Origin: a virus
Lineage: Duplodnaviria; Caudoviricetes
Reading direction: 5' to 3' (one strand)
IMG/VR virus record: IMGVR_UViG_3300025803_000012
Location: 1-62,244 of that record
Length of the DNA: 62,244 nt
The translations under genes and the position numbers were made by a program. Below are positions 7,736 to 16,532 of the stretch, in pieces (position 1 is the stretch's first letter; every line of letters begins with the position of its first letter). The notes beneath the pieces were generated by a model. That model worked only from the letters and a program-made list of their open reading frames with translations, ran no database searches and had not been told where the DNA came from.

Positions 7736-9298
7736 ATGAAAGTAGAAAAATTTAAAAATATATTTGATGGGTTAGATAGAGCTCACGGTTTTTATGAGTA
7801 CACCCAAACAAAACAAAATGGCAAGCGTGATGGACGCATGCGTACAGTTCATGAAGAACCTACTTTACAAATGTTTCAGGATCATCTGGAAGGAAAAGAT
7901 CGTGCTTTAGGTATTGTTCCCATTCGAGACGATGCAACTTGTACGTGGGGTTGTATTGATATTGACGAGTACCCTTTGGATCATAAAAAAATATTATCAC
8001 AAATACGAAAATACAAACTACCATTAGTGATGTGTGCCTCCAAATCTTTTGGTGCTCATCTTTTTTTATTTTCCAAAAATCCACAACCTGCTTTTCTGTT
8101 TGATGAAAAGTTAAAAGAAATACGCGCTCATCTTGGCTATGCAAAAGCGGAGGTATTTCCTAAACAAATTAAACTCTCTGATGAGCAAGACACTGGATCG
8201 TGGCTGAACTTACCTTATCACGGCGAAACACGGTACGCGTTTCTTGATAATGGTGAAGGTGCTACACTAGAAGAATTCTTTGAGTTATATGACAAAAATG
8301 TCTGTGATGATATTGGTAAAATATTAATACAGGTAGAAGATAATAACATGGCTGATGGCCCTCCATGTTTAGAAATTTTAACGGATCAAGGCTATCCAGA
8401 GGGGACAAGAAATAATGGATTATTTAGTGTGGGAATTTTTTATCGTAAGTCTAATCCTGATGACTGGAAGAATTTATTAGAAACATATAACCGCGAATAC
8501 ATGGACCCACCTTTAAATACTAATGAGGTAGGTATTATTATGAAACAAGTTGGTGCTGATAAAGCTGATGGTACCATGAAATATATGTATAAATGTAATG
8601 ATCAACCTATCGCTAGTGTTTGTCAAAAAGCTAAATGTAAATTAAGAAAGTTTGGTGTGGGTACATCAGGTCAAGATCATCCTGTATATGCGAACTTACG
8701 TGTCACGGATCGCGAACCACGTATTTGGTATCTTGATATAGACTCTCATCCAGTAGAGACACAAGTACAAGATGAAATAGAATATCATCATCGTTTACGT
8801 AAATTAGTTAAAAGAAAATTATTACGTTACATACCTATGATGAAACAAGCTGACTGGGAAGAAATACAGTCAGGATTATTTGAAACAATTACTACAATTA
8901 ATATGCCTGAAGATGTATCTAAGGTGGGTGAGTTTAAAGATTATTTATTTGAGTTTTGTACCGCAAGAGGTGAGTCGTTTGATATTGATGAATTGGATAT
9001 GGAAAAACCCTATACTAATGCGGAAGAGAATTCGACATACTTTCGTTTACGTGACTTATCAAAATGGTTAGAGAATACGAAAAACTTTAAAGAGAATAGA
9101 TCTTGGTTAGTTCAACGAATAAAAGATCTAGAGGGTAAAGATGTGATGGTATATCCAAAAGGAATACAAACAAGAGCGTGGAAAATACCTGCATATACAC
9201 AACCTAAAAAAATGGAAAAGATGCCTGATTTAAAAACAGAAGAAAAAACAGATAAAGATATTTTAGGAGGAACCGAAGATGAGGTTATACCATTTTAA
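7736..9298 (+). CDS. AEP-type primase(-polymerase) with PriCT-like domain
   Basis: WGCIDID, SKSFGAHLFLF and LNLPY AEP motifs; EGTRNNGLF..N....DPPL...EV PriCT-1 pattern; acidic IPF tail. Confidence 0.85.
   Translation: MKVEKFKNIFDGLDRAHGFYEYTQTKQNGKRDGRMRTVHEEPTLQMFQDHLEGKDRALGIVPIRDDATCTWGCIDIDEYPLDHKKILSQIRKYKLPLVMCASKSFGAHLFLFSKNPQPAFLFDEKLKEIRAHLGYAKAEVFPKQIKLSDEQDTGSWLNLPYHGETRYAFLDNGEGATLEEFFELYDKNVCDDIGKILIQVEDNNMADGPPCLEILTDQGYPEGTRNNGLFSVGIFYRKSNPDDWKNLLETYNREYMDPPLNTNEVGIIMKQVGADKADGTMKYMYKCNDQPIASVCQKAKCKLRKFGVGTSGQDHPVYANLRVTDREPRIWYLDIDSHPVETQVQDEIEYHHRLRKLVKRKLLRYIPMMKQADWEEIQSGLFETITTINMPEDVSKVGEFKDYLFEFCTARGESFDIDELDMEKPYTNAEENSTYFRLRDLSKWLENTKNFKENRSWLVQRIKDLEGKDVMVYPKGIQTRAWKIPAYTQPKKMEKMPDLKTEEKTDKDILGGTEDEVIPF
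8695..8722 (+). repeat. CG-rich heptamer array inside primase
   Basis: CTTACGT GTCACGG ATCGCGA ACCACGT. Confidence 0.6.
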
Positions 9299-9300
9299 TT

Positions 9301-9957
9301 ATGGAGAACTATAAAGTAATGCCAATAAAATATGAAGAAACAAAGCCTTTTATATTAGGAATTCATTATGCAAAAAGAATGCCAATGATACAGTTTTCTT
9401 TTGGTTTATTTTTTAATGATGAATTAGTTGGTGTTGTTTGTTATGGATCTCCAGCTTCTCAATCTTTATGTAGAGGTATTGCAGGAGATGAGTACAGGAA
9501 AAAAGTATTAGAATTAAATAGGCTTGTTTTAAAAAACAATATTAAAAATGAGGCTTCTTTTTTAGTGAGTAATTCTTTTAAGCTTTTACACAGACCAGTT
9601 ATAATTGTTTCTTATGCAGATACGAGTCAACATCACACAGGATATATTTATCAAGCTACAAATTTTTTATATACTGGTTTGTCTGATAAAAGAACTGAAT
9701 GGAGAATGAAAGGAACAAATAAACATAGTAAAACAATATGTGAGCAATATACATTAGAAGAAAGAAAAAATAATCCCGATAAATTTCATGTTGTACAACG
9801 ACCTAGAAAACATCGTTATCTTTATGTTATAGCAAATAAAAAAGATAAAAAACAAATCTTAAAAAATTTTAAGTATCCAATTTTAGATTATCCTAAGTTT
9901 AAAAATAAAAATTACAAAACAAATACAAACATAGAAACACAAGGAGTATTGTTTTAA
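9301..9957 (+). CDS. mom: Mom-family adenine-modification (GNAT-fold) enzyme
   Basis: HYAK, ELNRL, IVSYAD..Q.HTGYIYQATNFLYTG and KHRY motifs, characteristic of Mu Mom homologues. Confidence 0.8.
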   Translation: MENYKVMPIKYEETKPFILGIHYAKRMPMIQFSFGLFFNDELVGVVCYGSPASQSLCRGIAGDEYRKKVLELNRLVLKNNIKNEASFLVSNSFKLLHRPVIIVSYADTSQHHTGYIYQATNFLYTGLSDKRTEWRMKGTNKHSKTICEQYTLEERKNNPDKFHVVQRPRKHRYLYVIANKKDKKQILKNFKYPILDYPKFKNKNYKTNTNIETQGVLF

Positions 9958-11477
9958 TGATTAATATAATTGTAGGACCTCCTGGTACAGGCAAAACAAC
10001 AGAGCTGTTAAATATATGTCAGCAAAAAAAAGAACAGGGTGTTCCTTGGGAAAGAATTGGTTTCTTTTCTTTTTCTAAGAAAGCAGCGTATGAAGCTAAG
10101 GATAGAGCAAGACATAAGTTTCAAGCAAGTAGAGATGATTTAACTCATTTTAGAACGTTACATAGTTTTGCTTTTAGACATCTAGCTGTTAAAGAAGATA
10201 ACTTAATGAAACAAAAACATTGGAAAGAGTTGTCTTCAAAAGTTGGTTTTAATTTAGTTTTTAATGATAATGATGATTCTGTTTATACAAACTCTAATCA
10301 TCAATTTATAAATCTCATTAACAAAGCGCGCTTAAAAGATATTAGTTTAGCTGAAGAGGTAAGACTTTACCCTGATCCTATTAATATGGTTAAGTTAGAT
10401 TATTTAAACAGAGTTATAAATAAATACAAAAAAGTTAATGAGCTTTATGATTATACAGATATGATTGTTGATTACACAACTGACACAGTTTCGACACAGT
10501 TTGATGTGCTCTTTATAGACGAAGCTCAGGATATGCCTCGCGTTCAATATAACATGGTAGATAAATTAATTAGTAATAGTAAAGAGGTTTACATTGCAGG
10601 TGATGATGATCAAGCTATCTTTCGTTGGTCAGGTGCTGATGTAGATAAATTTATATCTCTACAAGGAACGGTAAAAGTTTTAGATAAATCGTATCGTTGT
10701 CCGCGAAGAGTGTTTCGATTAGCTAATAATATTATTACTAAAATACGAAATAGGCGTCCTAAAGTTTGGCAACCAAAAGAAGATGAAGGTAAAATATATC
10801 GTATACCACATTTACGACACATTGATTTATCTTCTGGAAACTGGTTGATCCTTGGCAGAACAAAAAAAATTAGAAATGAAATGATAGAAGAAATACTTTT
10901 AGAACAAGGTTATTGGTATGGAAGAGGTGAGCATAGACCAGTGTCTACGACTGTTTTAGGGGCTATCGATGTATGGAAAAAATTAAAGTTTGGCAACACG
11001 GTTACATTAACAGAGGTTAAAACTTTGTATAATAAAATAAAAACTAAAGTTGGAATTAAACATGGTCACAAAACAATGAAAGTGGAGAATGATAAACAAT
11101 TATTTTCATTACAGCAACTAAAAGATCATCATGGTTTACTTGTCGATGGAGAATGGTGGGATGTACTCAGTTCTTTAACACCTTTTGAAATTACTTATTT
11201 ACGGCGGCTTGAGAAAATAGGTGAAGACATAACAGCAGAACCACGAATTCGTGTTTCTACAATTCATCAAGCTAAAGGCGGAGAATGTGAAAATGTTATT
11301 GTGTTATTAGATTTAGGAAAGATTGTTTACAGATCTTATTTAAAAAATCCTGATGATGAACACCGTGTTTTTTATGTTGCTGTCACCAGAGCTAAAAACA
11401 ATTTGTATATTGTTGAGGCTCAAAAACAACAAGGTTACCGAATGTACGGTGATGAAAGGATGCATGATGATTTATAA
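9957..11477 (+). CDS. UvrD/Rep-like SF1 helicase
   Basis: GPPGTGKT, DEAQD, GDDDQAIF, SYRCP, STIHQAKGGE and YVAVTRAK motifs. Confidence 0.93.
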   Translation: MINIIVGPPGTGKTTELLNICQQKKEQGVPWERIGFFSFSKKAAYEAKDRARHKFQASRDDLTHFRTLHSFAFRHLAVKEDNLMKQKHWKELSSKVGFNLVFNDNDDSVYTNSNHQFINLINKARLKDISLAEEVRLYPDPINMVKLDYLNRVINKYKKVNELYDYTDMIVDYTTDTVSTQFDVLFIDEAQDMPRVQYNMVDKLISNSKEVYIAGDDDQAIFRWSGADVDKFISLQGTVKVLDKSYRCPRRVFRLANNIITKIRNRRPKVWQPKEDEGKIYRIPHLRHIDLSSGNWLILGRTKKIRNEMIEEILLEQGYWYGRGEHRPVSTTVLGAIDVWKKLKFGNTVTLTEVKTLYNKIKTKVGIKHGHKTMKVENDKQLFSLQQLKDHHGLLVDGEWWDVLSSLTPFEITYLRRLEKIGEDITAEPRIRVSTIHQAKGGECENVIVLLDLGKIVYRSYLKNPDDEHRVFYVAVTRAKNNLYIVEAQKQQGYRMYGDERMHDDL

Positions 11478-11748
11478 AAAGATACTTAACAAAGCCATTG
11501 AATTGATCGGCGGAGCACGAAACACGGATTACGGAGATCGGGTTACCAATCATCAAAACATCGCTAACTTATGGTCTGCTTTTTTAAATAAAAAAATATC
11601 AGCTCATGATGTAGCAATTTGTATGGCTTTAGTTAAAGTAGCGCGTCTCATGCATAGTCGTAAATCTGATAGTTATGTAGACCTAGCAGCGTACGGCGCA
11701 ATCGCAGGGGAGATAGCAGAACGTGAGGAGGGTAAAGATGCAGAATAA
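11464..11748 (+). CDS. DUF6378-like protein (putative nucleotide-modification/pyrophosphohydrolase-related fold)
   Basis: R..DYGD...NHQNIANLWS...VAICMALVKVAR....DSYVDLAAYGA pattern; start trimmed from 11353. Confidence 0.75.
   Translation: MMIYKKILNKAIELIGGARNTDYGDRVTNHQNIANLWSAFLNKKISAHDVAICMALVKVARLMHSRKSDSYVDLAAYGAIAGEIAEREEGKDAE
11507..11541 (+). repeat. CG-rich heptamer array
   Basis: TCGGCGG AGCACGA AACACGG ATTACGG AGATCGG. Confidence 0.6.
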
Positions 11749-13600
11749 TTTTGGCTTTACAAAATCTGAGTGGGTACCACCTCATGAACTACCTGATATT
11801 ACCGATGCAAAGGTTATTGCTTTTGACTTAGAAACATATGATCCACAATTAAAAACGACTGGACCAGGATGGACAACTAAAACAGGGCATATTATTGGCG
11901 TAGCGGTAGCCGTGGATGGTTGGAAGGGTTACTATCCTATTCGTCATGAGAATGGTTTCAATTGGGATAGAAGACGTGTTTTAACGTGGGTTAAAAAGTT
12001 AATGCAAACTAATGCTATCAAAGTAGCACACAATGCTATTTACGATTTAGGTTGGTTACATGCTGAAGGCATAGAGGTAAAAGGACCTATAGTTGATACA
12101 ATGTTAATGGCTCCTATTTTAAATGAGAATAAATTTTCTTATGCATTAAGTGCAGTGGGAAAAGATATGCTTGGTGAAATAAAAGATGAAACACTTTTAA
12201 AACAAGCGGCTACTGAGTTTGGTATTGATCCTAAAAATGAAATGTACAAGTTGCCAGCTATCTTTGTAGGTGATTATGCGGAGCAAGATGCAGACTTGAC
12301 TTTACGACTGTTTCACCACATGCGACCACTCATTGAAAAACAGAGTTTAAACACAGTGTATAAATTAGAGATGAATCTTATACCAATTATATTTGAAATG
12401 ACAAAACGAGGAGTAAGAGTTGATGGAGATAAAGCAAGACGTTATAAAAAAAGTTTTAAGAATACAGAAAAGAAGATACTTGATGAAATACTGGCAGACA
12501 CGGGTATCGCAGTTGATGTTTGGGCTGCGGCTAGTGTTGCAAAAGTATTTGATAAACTTAAAATAGATTATCCAAGAACAGAAAAAACACAGGCACCTAG
12601 TTTCACTAAAGATTTTTTAGTTCATCATTCACATCCAATTGCTAAAAAGATTCAAAGTGCTCGAGAGTTTAATAAAGTGCAATCAACTTTTATTGATACT
12701 ATTTTAAAACATGGTGAGTCAGGACGAATTCATGCAAGCATTCATCAGATGAGAGATGGTACATCAGGAACAGTGTCAGGTCGTTTTAGTTATTCTAATC
12801 CAAACTTACAACAATTACCTTCTCGTAATAAAGAAATTAAAAAACAAATACGAGGATTGTTTTTACCTGAAGAAGGTGAGACATGGGGATCTTTTGATTA
12901 TAGTCAGCAGGAACCACGGATCGCGTCACACTTTGCTTCAAGCTTAGGATGCGAAGGAGCTAAAGATGTTGTGGAAGAATATCAAAAAAATCCTGATGCA
13001 GATTTCCATAGTATAGTAGCAAACATTGCTAACATTGGCAGAGATCAGGCAAAAACTATTAACCTTGGATTATTTTATGGCATGGGCGTTAACAAACTTT
13101 CCAACGAATTGCAAGTGAACGTTGATGTTGCAAAAGAAATTTTAAAGGAGTACAATTCTAAGGTACCGTTTGTTAAGGAATTAACTAAACGCGTATCAAA
13201 CTTCGCCAATAGTGAGGGTTACGTCTCAACAATCAAAGGTAGAAAATGTCGTTTTGAGTTATGGGAACCGACCACTTTTGGCGTGTTCAAAGCTCTACCA
13301 GAAGATCAAGCAAAATTAAAATATGGTAAGCATCACATTTTACAAAGAGCTGGTACTTACAAAGCATTAAACAGATTGATACAAGGATCAGCGGCGGATC
13401 AAACAAAACAAGCAATGATAGAATTATATAAGGAAAATTTAATTCCTCTAATACAAATTCATGATGAGCTCACATTAAGTTTTAATGGTGAAGAAAAAAC
13501 TAAAAATAAAATAATGGAACTAATGGCACATGCTGTAAAATTAACAGTTCCAAGTAAAGTTGATTGTGATTTAGGAAAATCTTGGGGTGATGCTACTTAG
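11738..13600 (+). CDS. polA: Family A DNA polymerase with 3'-5' exonuclease
   Basis: FDLET and HNAIYD exonuclease motifs; SGRFSYSNPNLQQ, DYSQQE (A), AKTINLGLFYG (B) and IHDE (C); SD GAGGAGG before 11738. Confidence 0.96.
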   Translation: MQNNFGFTKSEWVPPHELPDITDAKVIAFDLETYDPQLKTTGPGWTTKTGHIIGVAVAVDGWKGYYPIRHENGFNWDRRRVLTWVKKLMQTNAIKVAHNAIYDLGWLHAEGIEVKGPIVDTMLMAPILNENKFSYALSAVGKDMLGEIKDETLLKQAATEFGIDPKNEMYKLPAIFVGDYAEQDADLTLRLFHHMRPLIEKQSLNTVYKLEMNLIPIIFEMTKRGVRVDGDKARRYKKSFKNTEKKILDEILADTGIAVDVWAAASVAKVFDKLKIDYPRTEKTQAPSFTKDFLVHHSHPIAKKIQSAREFNKVQSTFIDTILKHGESGRIHASIHQMRDGTSGTVSGRFSYSNPNLQQLPSRNKEIKKQIRGLFLPEEGETWGSFDYSQQEPRIASHFASSLGCEGAKDVVEEYQKNPDADFHSIVANIANIGRDQAKTINLGLFYGMGVNKLSNELQVNVDVAKEILKEYNSKVPFVKELTKRVSNFANSEGYVSTIKGRKCRFELWEPTTFGVFKALPEDQAKLKYGKHHILQRAGTYKALNRLIQGSAADQTKQAMIELYKENLIPLIQIHDELTLSFNGEEKTKNKIMELMAHAVKLTVPSKVDCDLGKSWGDAT

Positions 13601-13606
13601 AAATAT

Positions 13607-13622
13607 TGGCGGTTTTCTGCGG
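13607..13622. promoter_or_regulatory. 16-bp operator/activator box (reverse orientation)
   Basis: TGGCGGTTTTCTGCGG; 13604-13619 is the exact reverse complement of 1533-1548; 71 nt before the ATG at 13694. Confidence 0.7.
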
Positions 13623-13693
13623 TAAAATAGATATGTCTTGCGTATGATATAATATTATATAATATATACTTATAATTTTAGAAAGAAGGAATT

Positions 13694-14005
13694 ATGAAAT
13701 ATACTAAACAAGACTTATTTAAAATAATTGGCCCAGAATTTTTCTCTGCAATTTTTACTAAGAGTAATGGTGAAGAGAGAAAGATACTTGCTAAACTACA
13801 TGTAAAAGATCAAAAGTTTTTTGCAGGTGGTGAATTACTTGGTGACAGAAATCATTTATTAGAATGTATTGATGTTAACGTTCTTAAAAAAGTTGATGAT
13901 CCAAAAAAAGCTTGGAGATCAATACAACTAAATAATTTAATCAGCCTTAAAATAAAAGGTGTTGAACATATCGAGAAAGGAGAAAGTCATGCACAAGCCG
14001 CTTAA
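13694..14005 (+). CDS. SH3 beta-barrel (WYL_2/DUF2693-like) protein
   Basis: F.A.FTKSNGEER...AWRSI..NNL.SL pattern. Confidence 0.65.
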   Translation: MKYTKQDLFKIIGPEFFSAIFTKSNGEERKILAKLHVKDQKFFAGGELLGDRNHLLECIDVNVLKKVDDPKKAWRSIQLNNLISLKIKGVEHIEKGESHAQAA

Positions 14006-14210
14006 TTTTATTGAACCAGTACAAATAGAAATGGATTTTAATGTTCCATTTACTTTCAAAGACAGCATTGCTAAAATATCTAGAAAAAATCCAATGAGAG
14101 GATCTATCTTACAAAGTTTTTTAGGTGATGTTTGTCAGAATAAAAAATCTTCTTTTACTGATTGGGTATTAGATGCTAAAGAAGAAGAGCAAGAACAGGA
14201 GGATATATAA
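13989..14210 (+). CDS. Hypothetical protein
   Basis: SD AAGGAG before 13989; acidic tail. Confidence 0.6.
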   Translation: MHKPLNFIEPVQIEMDFNVPFTFKDSIAKISRKNPMRGSILQSFLGDVCQNKKSSFTDWVLDAKEEEQEQEDI

Positions 14211-14393
14211 ATGCATCCTGAAATTAAACAAGAAATTAAACTTTTAAAAGAATCTATAGCTCACTATGAAAGTGAGCTAAAGAGGCCTGTTTGGAATTAT
14301 AAGTTTGATAAAGAAGATAGTCATACAAGAGCTAGAAGACTTATCCAATTTAAAACAGAACAATTAGAACAATTAGAAAGTTGGTACGCATGA
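14211..14393 (+). CDS. Hypothetical coiled-coil protein
   Basis: 60 aa; SD AGGAGG. Confidence 0.65.
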   Translation: MHPEIKQEIKLLKESIAHYESELKRPVWNYKFDKEDSHTRARRLIQFKTEQLEQLESWYA

Positions 14394-14800
14394 GTATTAA
14401 AACTATTAAAATCATTCCTAATCCTGATGATGAGATTTTGGAGATACCAAAATTTTTACGTGACCTTGCTGAAAGGGATAAAAAAGAAGGTAGGCAAGGT
14501 AAAGGTTTGAATTCTGTTTCTGAGGCACCCAAGATTGTGGTGCCTTCATTACCGATGTCGCCTAAACAAGAAAAGAAAAAGCGCCAACAAGAGTTGATGT
14601 CTTTTCTTGCTAGCTTAGTTGATACTGGTTTAAAGAAAAAACCACTTATTGCTAAGATGAGAGATAAGTTTCCTAAGCTTAGTTCTTCTCAGATTTGTCG
14701 ATTTGTGAATAATCAATTGAAATTAAAAGTAATTGCAATTGATACTAAATATAAAACTAAACCTGTTATTATCAAAGGTAAATATTGGAGGGTCCTATGA
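14390..14800 (+). CDS. Hypothetical protein, possible C-terminal winged helix
   Basis: ATGA overlap; basic helical C-terminal half ending in a beta-hairpin-like segment. Confidence 0.65.
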   Translation: MSIKTIKIIPNPDDEILEIPKFLRDLAERDKKEGRQGKGLNSVSEAPKIVVPSLPMSPKQEKKKRQQELMSFLASLVDTGLKKKPLIAKMRDKFPKLSSSQICRFVNNQLKLKVIAIDTKYKTKPVIIKGKYWRVL

Positions 14801-15216
14801 TTGATTTGTTTGATTTAAAAAAAGGTGAGGCTAAATATTATGACAAGCCACAAAGATTTTATGTGGTAAGAAATAACACTAACGTTCCGCGTATCACGAT
14901 TAAAGAAACGTATGCGGTGTGGAGAAGAAAAACTCAAAATAAAGTTTGGTTTCAATCAAAGTATGAAAAAGGAACTAGGTCATTTGATTTTAGTTACACA
15001 ATAGATCAATTAGCAAATAGTATTCCCGATGCTTTGATTATGTCCAAGCTATTTAAAATAGGAAGATCTCAGGAAAATGTTGATAAGTTTAGAAAACAAG
15101 CTGACTTTCTTGAAGAGAAACTAAAAGATCCTAATAACTTTACTGCAAGTATTGATGAAGACTATTTAAGAAAATGGGGATCAAACAATGTAACGTTTGA
15201 AAAATTAGTTATCTAA
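14797..15216 (+). CDS. Hypothetical protein
   Basis: ATGA overlap and SD GGAGG; last + strand gene before the convergence point. Confidence 0.7.
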   Translation: MIDLFDLKKGEAKYYDKPQRFYVVRNNTNVPRITIKETYAVWRRKTQNKVWFQSKYEKGTRSFDFSYTIDQLANSIPDALIMSKLFKIGRSQENVDKFRKQADFLEEKLKDPNNFTASIDEDYLRKWGSNNVTFEKLVI

Positions 15217-15408
15217 TGCTTTCTCTAATAATACTTCAAGTCGTATCACTCGTTCTCTTATGTCTGGTATGTCTTGGAGTATTATTTTTTCTAGTTGCTG
15301 TTGCTGTGACTCAACTGCTTCTAATCGTTGTGACATCATTCCATAAGTTACTCCAGCACTTACCAAAATTAATCCTAGCCAAATAGCATTTCTAAAATTA
15401 GTTTCCAT
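15205..15408 (-). CDS. Small membrane-anchored coiled-coil protein
   Basis: N-terminal TM helix followed by heptad pattern; TAATG overlap. Confidence 0.7.
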   Translation of the reverse strand: METNFRNAIWLGLILVSAGVTYGMMSQRLEAVESQQQQLEKIILQDIPDIRERVIRLEVLLEKALDN

Positions 15409-16532
15409 TAAATTATTCTCCTATTTAAAAACTCATCTCTTAATGAAGCATCTAAATCTTGAGGGTTTGAAATTTCTCCTAATGCATTAAAGTTTAAACC
15501 TGTAGGACTTTCTCTATTTATTAAAGTTGGATTGTCTTTCATTTCTTTAATCATGTTAATGTTACTTATTCCTGTGTCTGGATACCCTCCCTTATTAGCT
15601 AAGTAGTTTCGATAAGCTGTGCTATCTAATGTAACACCTCCTATTCCAACATTATTTGCATTAAAGTTAGAAAAAGGTATTCTAGGATTATTAGGAGCTC
15701 CTGCTAACTGACTAAAATCTAAGGAACGATTACCGCGAAGCGCGTCAAAATCATTTTGATTAGCTTGATACTGATAAGGTAACCTATTTACTATTTCATT
15801 TACAGTAGAGTTATTTACAATCTCGCTTGCAGTTTGTGCCTTATTAAATAATTCTAATTTTTGTTCTTCAGATAAATTGTCAGTATTAATAAAATTATTT
15901 TTTTTAATTTTTTTATCATTTTTAATACTTTCCATATCAAGAGAAACAGTCTCTTCCTTATTACCATCATCAATAGTAAGCATGTTTTTTAAATCCTTTA
16001 CAAAACCTGATGGAGCATTTGCTAAATCTCTATACACCTTACTATCTGTTATTCCTGTTTTATCTCCTATAAGACTAGCTCCTGATTTAACTTTTCCACC
16101 CATTTTATTTAATACACCTAAAATAGATTTAGCCATACTAACACCAGGAATAAGATTAGATGCGGCGCCTACTAAATTTTGAATACCAGATGTTATAGGA
16201 AATCTTTTTTTATAAGCTTCCGCACCACCTGCATTTCCTATAGTTTTATTATCAGAGCCTGCACTAATTTGATTTCCTTTTCTGTCTGTAAATGTAAAAT
16301 TAGAAGGATCAAAAGTTTGCCCTGTTTTAAGAGCTTGCATTCTCATTTGATATTCGTTGCGATTATCTCCAGCTATTTGATTATTTTGATATTTGTCTTT
16401 ATTGGCTATTAAATTTTCAATAGCTTTATTTGATTCATTTACTGATTGAGATTGAGGAGAATTAGGTTGTGAGGAACCTGAAGAGGTATGTGTTGATTTC
16501 TTTTTACCTGATAGAAAACTAAAGATACCCAT
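15408..16532 (-). CDS. Hypothetical late protein (possible internal virion protein)
   Basis: 374 aa; translationally coupled to the ejection-protein cluster. Confidence 0.7.
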   Translation of the reverse strand: MGIFSFLSGKKKSTHTSSGSSQPNSPQSQSVNESNKAIENLIANKDKYQNNQIAGDNRNEYQMRMQALKTGQTFDPSNFTFTDRKGNQISAGSDNKTIGNAGGAEAYKKRFPITSGIQNLVGAASNLIPGVSMAKSILGVLNKMGGKVKSGASLIGDKTGITDSKVYRDLANAPSGFVKDLKNMLTIDDGNKEETVSLDMESIKNDKKIKKNNFINTDNLSEEQKLELFNKAQTASEIVNNSTVNEIVNRLPYQYQANQNDFDALRGNRSLDFSQLAGAPNNPRIPFSNFNANNVGIGGVTLDSTAYRNYLANKGGYPDTGISNINMIKEMKDNPTLINRESPTGLNFNALGEISNPQDLDASLRDEFLNRRII

